From: an archaeon
GTDB taxonomy: Archaea; EX4484-52; WAPT01
Assembly (NCBI GenBank): GCA_029258795.1
Contig: JAPDKB010000008.1
Location: 32,001-96,000 of the forward strand
Reading direction: 5' to 3'
DNA: 64,000 nt
Shown here: in pieces, positions 56,916 to 64,000 of the stretch
Numbering within the stretch: the stretch's first letter is position 1
Layout of the letters: each line of letters opens with the position of its first letter
The notes under the pieces: model-generated
Seen by the model: only the letters and a program-made list of their open reading frames with translations
Told to the model about the DNA's origin: nothing
Databases searched by the model: none
Translations under genes and position numbers: made by a program

Positions 56916-59573
56916 ATGGCTTCTGCGGAGCAGGGTGAAGCTTCAGCCGGAAGAATCGTCTGGATGGATAAGCCCTACAGCAGGGAGGAGATAGAGAGCA
57001 TACTAGACCCGCTGGTTAGAGAGTGGTTCTTCTCCCGCTTTAAAGATTTTTCTCCACCCCAGCGCTTCGCCATCATGGAGATACACAGGCAGAACAACGT
57101 GCTCGTTTCAAGCCCAACTGGAAGCGGGAAGACGCTTGCTGCCTTCCTTGCAATCATAAACGAGCTTGTGATCCTTGCAAGGAACAACATGCTTGAAGAT
57201 AAGATTTACTGCATCTACATCTCTCCTTTGAGGGCTTTGAGCAACGACATAGAAAGAAATCTGCAAGTACCCCTTGCTGAGATCTACGAGCTCGCGAAGA
57301 AAAAAGGAATAAAATTGCAAAGGATACGCGTGGCAAAGCGCACCGGAGACACCACCGCAAGTCAAAAATCCAGCCAGCTGAAGAAGCCGCCACACATACT
57401 CATCACCACACCCGAAAGCTTCACCATAGCTCTGTCTTCCCCAAAATTCTCGCAGCTGATGGCTCAGGCAAGGTATGTTGTGGTGGATGAAATACACAGC
57501 ATAGCCGAAAATAAGCGCGGCTCCCTGCTGTCTCTGGCTTTGGAAAGGCTCGAAGCCAAAGCTCAGAACAGCTTTGTCAGAATTGGTCTTTCAGCCACGA
57601 TCCACCCGCTGGAAGAGGTGGCTAAATTCCTCGTTGGATTTGAGGAAGAGGGGTTGCCAAGGCACTGTAAAATTGTGGATGTCTCGTTTGAAAAAAGGAT
57701 CGATGTTGAGGTGCTTTCTCCAGTGGAGGATCTGATCTACACACCAACAGAAGTTATGCATGAAAAGCTTTACCAGCTGCTGGACAAGCTGATAGAAAAG
57801 CACACCACCACCCTCATCTTCACCAATACGAGATCGGGCACGGAAAGGGTTGTGCACCATCTCAAAACCAAGTTCAAGGATAAGTACGCTGAGCTTGTTG
57901 AAGCGCACCACGGTTCTCTCTCAAGAGAGATAAGGTTGGACGTGGAGAGAAAGCTGAAGGAGGGCAAGCTGAAGTGCGTGGTGTCATCCACTTCCCTTGA
58001 GCTTGGAATAGACATAGGTTATATCGATCTTGTGGTGCTCATAGGCAGCCCGAAGTCGGTAACGAGAGCTATCCAGCGCATAGGGAGAAGTGGTCATAGG
58101 CTGGAGGATGTGGCCAAAGGCAAGATAGTCGTGCTTGACAGGGATGATCTTGTTGAATGTGTGGTGATGGCGAAGAACATAAGGGAGAGGAAACTCGACA
58201 AGATTCACATACCCACAAACACGCTCGATGTGTTATGTCAGCATCTGGTCGGCATGAGCATAGAGAGGGGGTGGAAAGTTGAGGAAGCTTTCAGCATGAT
58301 AAAAAGGAGCTATACCTTTCACAATCTCAGCTGGGAAGATTACATGGCGGTGCTGCGCTATCTGAATGGAGAGTACGTGCAGCTGGAAGAGAGAAACGTG
58401 TACGCGAAGCTCTGGTTTGATGAGGAGACGATGGAGTTTGGAAGGCGTGGCAAGATGATAAGACCCATCTACTATTTAAACGTGGGGACGATACCTGAGG
58501 AGAGCTACGCCAAGATCTATTCAGCTGACAAGAAGTCCTTCATCGGGATGGTGGAGGAGGAGTTTATGGAGAAGCTGACAAAAGGAGATAGGTTTGTTCT
58601 TGGTGGTAAGGTTTACGAGTTTCTTTATTCGAGGGGGAATAAGGGCTATGTCAAGCTGGTGGAGGATGCCAAGCCAACCGTGCCGTCATGGTTTTCCGAG
58701 CAGCTCCCTCTGACATATGAACTCGCTCAGGACATCGGCCGCTTCAGGTTCGAGATGAGGAGCCTGCTGGAGAGCGGGGCCGATAAACCTTACATAATAA
58801 GACATTTGATGGAGAAGTACAAGGTGAATAGAGTCACAGCTGAAGCCATCTACAACTACTTCAGGGAGCAGTATGACTATCTCTTCGTGCCAACGCATGC
58901 TGAGGTGCTTGTTGAGAACTACATGGATGAGCTGGGCAGGCAGAACATAATATTCCACACTCTTGTGGGAAGGAGAGCTAATGAAGCTTTGAGCAGAGCT
59001 TATGCTTATGCTCTTTCCCGCTACAAAAGGTGCAACGTCAGGATAATGCTCAATGATAACGGCTTTGCATTGATTCTGCCGAGGGATGTACGGGTTGACC
59101 CTCATCTCGTGGTTGAGCTTGTAACATCTGACAATCTGGAAGAAATGCTCAGACATGCGCTCGAAGGCACGGAAATTCTGAAGCGCAGATTCAGGCATGT
59201 GGCGACGAGAAGCTTCCTGATACTCAGGCGTTACGGAAAGCGTGAGAAAAGTGTGGCAAGGCAGCAGGTGAATGCCGAGATGCTTCTCAAGCTTATAAAG
59301 CGCATCGATCCGAACTTCCCTCTTCTCAAGGAGACGTACCGCGAGATAATGGAGGATGCCATGGACATAAAGAATGCGAAGCTCTTCCTGAAGGACATCG
59401 AGGCGGGAAGAAAGAGGTTCGTGATAAAGGACAGCGTAGAGCTCCCATCTCCGTTTGCGCTGAATCTCGTGGTGCTCGGATCAACGGATGCCGTGCTCAT
59501 GGAGGACAGGAGGGAGCTGATAAAGCTCTTCCATCACCAGCTCATGAAACGGCTTGGAGGTGAGGTGTCTTGA
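56916..59573 (+). CDS. lhr: Lhr family SF2 helicase
   Basis: SPTGSGKT, TTPES, DEIH, SAT, HHGSLS, SLELGID, QRIGRSGH. Confidence 0.95.
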   Translation: MASAEQGEASAGRIVWMDKPYSREEIESILDPLVREWFFSRFKDFSPPQRFAIMEIHRQNNVLVSSPTGSGKTLAAFLAIINELVILARNNMLEDKIYCIYISPLRALSNDIERNLQVPLAEIYELAKKKGIKLQRIRVAKRTGDTTASQKSSQLKKPPHILITTPESFTIALSSPKFSQLMAQARYVVVDEIHSIAENKRGSLLSLALERLEAKAQNSFVRIGLSATIHPLEEVAKFLVGFEEEGLPRHCKIVDVSFEKRIDVEVLSPVEDLIYTPTEVMHEKLYQLLDKLIEKHTTTLIFTNTRSGTERVVHHLKTKFKDKYAELVEAHHGSLSREIRLDVERKLKEGKLKCVVSSTSLELGIDIGYIDLVVLIGSPKSVTRAIQRIGRSGHRLEDVAKGKIVVLDRDDLVECVVMAKNIRERKLDKIHIPTNTLDVLCQHLVGMSIERGWKVEEAFSMIKRSYTFHNLSWEDYMAVLRYLNGEYVQLEERNVYAKLWFDEETMEFGRRGKMIRPIYYLNVGTIPEESYAKIYSADKKSFIGMVEEEFMEKLTKGDRFVLGGKVYEFLYSRGNKGYVKLVEDAKPTVPSWFSEQLPLTYELAQDIGRFRFEMRSLLESGADKPYIIRHLMEKYKVNRVTAEAIYNYFREQYDYLFVPTHAEVLVENYMDELGRQNIIFHTLVGRRANEALSRAYAYALSRYKRCNVRIMLNDNGFALILPRDVRVDPHLVVELVTSDNLEEMLRHALEGTEILKRRFRHVATRSFLILRRYGKREKSVARQQVNAEMLLKLIKRIDPNFPLLKETYREIMEDAMDIKNAKLFLKDIEAGRKRFVIKDSVELPSPFALNLVVLGSTDAVLMEDRRELIKLFHHQLMKRLGGEVS

Positions 59574-59902
59574 AGGGAATTGATTTTTTCAGGCTGAATG
59601 AGGAGGGATTGAAGAGAAGAAAGGAGAAGGAAATGGAAGAAGAGAAGATGATTTACGATGCTCTCCGCAAGTATGTGAAAGATGGAGAGGGGCTTGTGCT
59701 TCTCTATACTATCGGGCCGGGGGCTGAGAGGGAAGAGTACAGGGTCGTGATGGACAGATTCAACGTCAAGGAGGTTAGGAAGGCTCTGGAGTACATGGGA
59801 GGTAAGCTTGAAATCTCCGTGCCATCCGAAGGCTTGTGCCTCGTGCTGAAAAAGGATGATACCCTCCAAGAATTTTACGTGGAAGTGAAAAATGATGAGT
59901 GA
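59570..59902 (+). CDS. Hypothetical protein between lhr and the phosphoesterase
   Basis: Overlaps both neighbours; SD GGAGGTGA. Confidence 0.65.
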   Translation: MKGIDFFRLNEEGLKRRKEKEMEEEKMIYDALRKYVKDGEGLVLLYTIGPGAEREEYRVVMDRFNVKEVRKALEYMGGKLEISVPSEGLCLVLKKDDTLQEFYVEVKNDE

Positions 59903-60662
59903 TGATATTATACCAAAGGAAGTTTTGGTGGACAGCAAGATTAAGTTATTGCCGGAAGGGGGAGCGGTCATTGACGACAAAATTCTTGTTATAGCGGATC
60001 TCCACCTTGGTTTTGAAGGTGTGATGGCCACAAGCGGGCTATTCATGCCGCGCATCATGCTTGAGGACGTAAAAGCTCTGCTTTCCCGAATTGTGGATAA
60101 GCACAAAAAACTTGAGGAGCTCGTTGTTGCTGGAGACATGAAGCATGAATTTGCGGAGATGCACGGGTTTGAGTGGAAGGATGTGCATGCCTTCATGGAG
60201 TTCGCGCTTGAAAAATTCAAAAGGGTCGTGGTGGTGAGGGGAAATCATGACAACTATCTCAAAGTTGCACTCAAGAGGTATGAGAGAGTGGTGTTTGAGG
60301 AAGCTGCCTATGTTAAAGATGATTTTGTGGTGGTGCATGGCGATAAGGATAATGTTGCGGCTTTTTCCAGACCCTTCCTGATAATGGGGCACGAGCATCC
60401 AGCCATCGTTGTGAAGGATGATGTTGGTGCCGTTGTGAGAACAAGATGTTTCATGGTTGGCAAGTATGGGAGGACTAGGATTGTTGTGCTTCCGGCATTC
60501 TCTCCGATTTTTATGGGTACCGACATCCTTTCAATGCCGGACAGCGAGCTCCTCTCGCCGATTCTAAGAAGGATTGGCATAGAGGATTTCAAGCTTTACG
60601 CCTGCCTTGAAGATGAGGTTCTCGAATTTCCCACCATAGCTGAGATAAGAGCTCACATGTGA
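59892..60662 (+). CDS. Lhr-associated metallophosphoesterase/nuclease
   Basis: ADLHLG, GDMKH, GNHD, HG, GHEHP, LPAFS. Confidence 0.9.
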   Translation: MMSDDIIPKEVLVDSKIKLLPEGGAVIDDKILVIADLHLGFEGVMATSGLFMPRIMLEDVKALLSRIVDKHKKLEELVVAGDMKHEFAEMHGFEWKDVHAFMEFALEKFKRVVVVRGNHDNYLKVALKRYERVVFEEAAYVKDDFVVVHGDKDNVAAFSRPFLIMGHEHPAIVVKDDVGAVVRTRCFMVGKYGRTRIVVLPAFSPIFMGTDILSMPDSELLSPILRRIGIEDFKLYACLEDEVLEFPTIAEIRAHM

Positions 60663-60668
60663 TGCGCG

Positions 60669-61838
60669 ATGGATGCTGAAAAGCTGAAAAAAAGGGTGGT
60701 GGATGCTTACCACTTGGGCAGATTTGCCGGGTGGGAAGGGAATAAAAACCTTGCTGTATATCGTTGGTTTCCTTACAAGGAAGCGTTTTCAAAGCAGCTG
60801 ATGGATGAGATTCTCAGCGCTCATTCCACCAAAAATGTGGAAAGAGTCCTCGACCCTTTCTGTGGGACAGGCACAACAATACTTGCGTGTCTTGAGCGCG
60901 GGATAAGCGCTGTTGGGGTTGAGGCAAGCAGGATGATGGTTGCAGTTGCGAAAACAAAAACCACACGCTATAACGCTTTCGAGCTCAGGAACAAGCTTGC
61001 GCTTTTGGTGAAAGAAGCTAAAAAGATGGATGTGGATGAGGAGGAAGTAAGAGAAGCTCTCAACAACCCTCTGCTCGCAAGAGCATTCTCTCCAAGAAAA
61101 ATGAAGGAGTTGCTCGCCCTCAAGAAAGCAATAAACAACGTTTGTGAAGATGGAAATGAAGCCCGGTTTTTTAGGCTTGCGCTTGCAACCGCTGCTTATG
61201 AAGCATCCGCACTCCTCAGAGATGGAGCGGTTTTCAAGCAAAGGAAACGGGTTAAACCCGCGCTCCTTGAAGAATTTGAAAGGCAGGCAAGCAGGATGAT
61301 TCAAGATGTTGCAAGTTTCTGGCAAAAACATGCAAAAACTCATGCAGAGACAGGCGTTGTTCATGGAGATGCGAGAAACCTTCCTTTTCATAATGAAAGC
61401 TTTGACCTTCTCATTACCTCTCCACCCTATCTTAAAAAAGAGGAGTACGTGAAGGTGTACGGAATAGAGAGGTTCTGCATGCTCAACGAAACCATGGAAA
61501 ATGCGAGCAGGTTTCTCGGCACATCCTACAGGAAGGGCGGTAAGGAGGGGGATGAAAGTGTTGAAGAAATGGTCGAATCTTATTTTAATGATCTGGGGAA
61601 GTTTCTGGTTGAGGCATTCAGGTGTTTAAGGGGGGGTGGAAGCGCGTACATCATTATTGGGGATGCGTGCATAGATGGAAAAGCATACGACTGCTGCTTT
61701 AGAACGGCTGAGATAGCAAGCAAAACCGGGTTTGAAGTGAAGCGAATATACATGTTAAATGAGAGGTGGTGTGTGAGGCAGCGCGTCTTCAAAACATCCA
61801 AAGTTTATGAGGCTGCTGTATGGATTAGAAAGCCGTAA
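60669..61838 (+). CDS. DNA amino-methyltransferase (probably m4C)
   Basis: WFPYKEAFS, DPFCGTGTT before TSPPY. Confidence 0.85.
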   Translation: MDAEKLKKRVVDAYHLGRFAGWEGNKNLAVYRWFPYKEAFSKQLMDEILSAHSTKNVERVLDPFCGTGTTILACLERGISAVGVEASRMMVAVAKTKTTRYNAFELRNKLALLVKEAKKMDVDEEEVREALNNPLLARAFSPRKMKELLALKKAINNVCEDGNEARFFRLALATAAYEASALLRDGAVFKQRKRVKPALLEEFERQASRMIQDVASFWQKHAKTHAETGVVHGDARNLPFHNESFDLLITSPPYLKKEEYVKVYGIERFCMLNETMENASRFLGTSYRKGGKEGDESVEEMVESYFNDLGKFLVEAFRCLRGGGSAYIIIGDACIDGKAYDCCFRTAEIASKTGFEVKRIYMLNERWCVRQRVFKTSKVYEAAVWIRKP

Positions 61839-61898
61839 ACAGCAAGTTTTTACCTGAAAGAGGTAAAAATTAAAATTTTTTGAACAATCAGAACAACC

Positions 61899-62681
61899 AT
61901 GATAAAATTTATTCACCTTCCTGAATTCGGGATGGTTCGCTTTACATCTAAAGATGAAAGCCGCGACTACAAATTCACTCCCGAAACAACGCCACGGCTT
62001 GAATTGGGGTTGCCCTATTCTTACCTCTCCTCGCTTCCTGATGTGAAGCTGGGCGACGAGTATTATGTAAAATGTGTGGATAGTGGTTTTCGGATTCATT
62101 CCATCTACAAAAATGTTGTGAGAAAGGAGAGTGACGATTATAGGGAGGTGGGATTTGAAGAGCGCGGCAAGGTGGAAATAGGAGGTCATGAATTGTTTTT
62201 TAGGAGGAGGATGTCTCGGGTGGAGAAGGAAGAGGAGGTTGTTGAGGACGGAGTTCCTGCTTCAAAGATGGTTGGAGGTTTTGAGAGTATAATGAGGATT
62301 GGTAAAGCGAGGGAGCTGGTGGAATGTGATTACGAGAGCGAGAATGGGCTTTACCGCTTTTACACCAGAGTTAGAGGGATGGAGGCTAATGGTCCTGCAA
62401 AGGATGCAACCTACTGGCACATGTTTCCCTCCAGGAGATGGGTGCCCGAGCTCAACCTTTCAGAATACGATGTTGAGTTCTGCGGGTTTGTGAGAGAGCT
62501 CTCCCATCCCTCCTCCAAAATCAGGACAAAGGAATGGTGGATATTTCAGATGGGAGAGAATGCTGAAAAGCTACGCGCTCTTCAAGTGGTGTCAAACTTC
62601 GAAAGGGATTACGGGGAAGTGGAGACAGTGTACAGAAGCATGAAGGATAGGTTAGCAGAAACAATGGCACAGCTGGTTTGA
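61899..62681 (+). CDS. Hypothetical protein
   Basis: 260 aa ORF. Confidence 0.65.
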   Translation: MIKFIHLPEFGMVRFTSKDESRDYKFTPETTPRLELGLPYSYLSSLPDVKLGDEYYVKCVDSGFRIHSIYKNVVRKESDDYREVGFEERGKVEIGGHELFFRRRMSRVEKEEEVVEDGVPASKMVGGFESIMRIGKARELVECDYESENGLYRFYTRVRGMEANGPAKDATYWHMFPSRRWVPELNLSEYDVEFCGFVRELSHPSSKIRTKEWWIFQMGENAEKLRALQVVSNFERDYGEVETVYRSMKDRLAETMAQLV

Positions 62682-62736
62682 TTTGGGAGTGATATCAGAA
62701 AAATTTATATGTAAGTTCTCAACCTTAATTACCTTT

Positions 62737-62892
62737 ATGGCGAAATGTCCTATCTGCGGGGAAAAGATAAGTCTTTCCGGTCACAGACACGTTCTTTGTA
62801 AGCATCACAAATGGTTTGTGCATCTGGAATGCTGCAAGAAAAAGTGTAGCATGCATGGCGAGCCATGCGAGCATGCTTTCAAAATCTACTGA
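62737..62892 (+). CDS. Small Cys/His-rich putative zinc-binding protein
   Basis: CPICG...CKHH...HLECC...C...CEH. Confidence 0.55.
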   Translation: MAKCPICGEKISLSGHRHVLCKHHKWFVHLECCKKKCSMHGEPCEHAFKIY

Positions 62893-63248
62893 ACGCTTAT
62901 TCTTTTGCTCATCCACGTGCCGTGAAGATTGCACCTCGCTTTTGCAAAGATTGTTGAGCTGGGCGTTGCGTGCACAAGAACTTCCACAGAAGGATGGGCA
63001 AGAGATGCCGTGAAATCAACTCTTACTGCAGGAGTGTCATCCACACAAAGCTCAATCCACTGTATAAAATGTGAGGGTTCATTGGGATGTTTGAGGTATT
63101 TTCCCACCTCAACCCTCACTCTGGCAAGCTGCTTTTCCTCATCAAAACTCAGCACATCAACATCAACATGATGTTTCTTCTCGGCATCGCTCATCTCAAC
63201 CGGATCCCAGCTTCTGGGTCTGTTCACACCGTATAGCAAGGCATTCAT
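62886..63248 (-). CDS. Superoxide reductase (neelaredoxin-type)
   Basis: EKKH, HPNEPSHFIQWIEL, CNLHG. Confidence 0.92.
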   Translation of the reverse strand: MNALLYGVNRPRSWDPVEMSDAEKKHHVDVDVLSFDEEKQLARVRVEVGKYLKHPNEPSHFIQWIELCVDDTPAVRVDFTASLAHPSVEVLVHATPSSTIFAKARCNLHGTWMSKRISVQ

Positions 63249-63320
63249 ACCCACCACCTCCGATATGAATGGTGAGCAGGAATTTTTAAAATAAAAATCT
63301 AAGCCACCAAGCTGAAAAAC

Positions 63321-64000
63321 ATGGACCTCCCTAAGGTTGAAAAGCCAACTCCTGTTCAAATTAGGAACTACTATTCCCAGCCAGAACTCATGGAGTTCAT
63401 GTTTGAAGTTGCAAAGCAGAGGGAGTTCGTGCCCGTGTATGACGGAAAATATGGCAAGAGGCCTGACATGCTGAACATGCCCGGAGATCTTAAAACCATG
63501 ATTCTAAGTGGCGCTACATCCTTCCACATGTCTGTGGAGAGGTGGCACAACCCTCTTAACCTCAGCAACGAGATGAGGCCGGATGAGATTGAGAAGCTGC
63601 GTGCCGGCTGGGACCTGATTCTTGATATTGACTGCAATGAGGGCTACATTTATGCGAGAGAAGCTGCGTTGATTCTTGTTAAGGCGTTGAAAGCGCACGG
63701 AATAAAGAATGTTTTCGTTAAGTTCTCGGGCAGCAGGGGTTTTCATGTTGCCGTGCCGTTCGAGTCCCTTCCAAAAGAGGTGGAGGGCAAGCCCATCCAG
63801 TCGTTTTATCCGGAACTGCTGCAAGGAATAGCAGCTTATCTCAAACACCTGATAAAGGAAAAGCTTGGCCAGGAGCTTTTGCGCAAGTATCCGGAGCTTT
63901 ACGAAAAGATTGCTGTTGATGATGAGAGGGTTGATCCTTACAAAATCATGGAGATAGAGGAAAACTGGTCGGTCAGGCATCTGTTCAGGGCTCCTTACTC
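63321..64000 (+). CDS. priS: DNA primase catalytic subunit (partial; resembles DPANN fused PriS-PriL type)
   Basis: Manual translation: GKRPD, GATSFHMSVERW, GWDLILDID, KFSGSRGFHV; runs off window end. Confidence 0.88.
   Translation, partial: MDLPKVEKPTPVQIRNYYSQPELMEFMFEVAKQREFVPVYDGKYGKRPDMLNMPGDLKTMILSGATSFHMSVERWHNPLNLSNEMRPDEIEKLRAGWDLILDIDCNEGYIYAREAALILVKALKAHGIKNVFVKFSGSRGFHVAVPFESLPKEVEGKPIQSFYPELLQGIAAYLKHLIKEKLGQELLRKYPELYEKIAVDDERVDPYKIMEIEENWSVRHLFRAPY

Overview
Gene-dense archaeal chromosome segment. TBP, Alba, Dph5, archaeal AspRS/IleRS, geranylgeranyl reductase, a DPANN-style primase and many short class III signal-peptide pilins suggest a DPANN-type, probably anaerobic archaeon; this is inference, not a phylogenetic result. 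Housekeeping genes alternate with small accessory units. Two candidate systems stand out. (1) A His-Xaa-Ser-like RiPP locus (HxsD-like protein, two radical SAM enzymes, one membrane protein) at 38420-42174. Its precursor carries seven perfectly spaced Trp-X-X triplets instead of His-X-Ser, and the locus lies inside a pilin cluster. (2) A family of tRNA-like RNAs: four 46-50 nt elements made only of acceptor stem plus T-arm, one tRNA body whose anticodon loop is replaced by a branched insert, and one atypical tRNA-Gly. Most sit just upstream of the Shine-Dalgarno (SD) sequence of an orphan ORF, and many accessory units end in a shared T-tract plus GGGAAATTTWTCC-like palindrome. Also present: five intron-containing tRNAs (four with related introns at 59/60), a duplicated tRNA-Pro unit flanking hypEF/hypCD, an MntA-HepT toxin-antitoxin pair, and an Lhr-phosphoesterase-DNA methyltransferase cluster. 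I saw no CRISPR array, integrase, transposase or rRNA. All family assignments come from motif recognition by eye; no searches were run.
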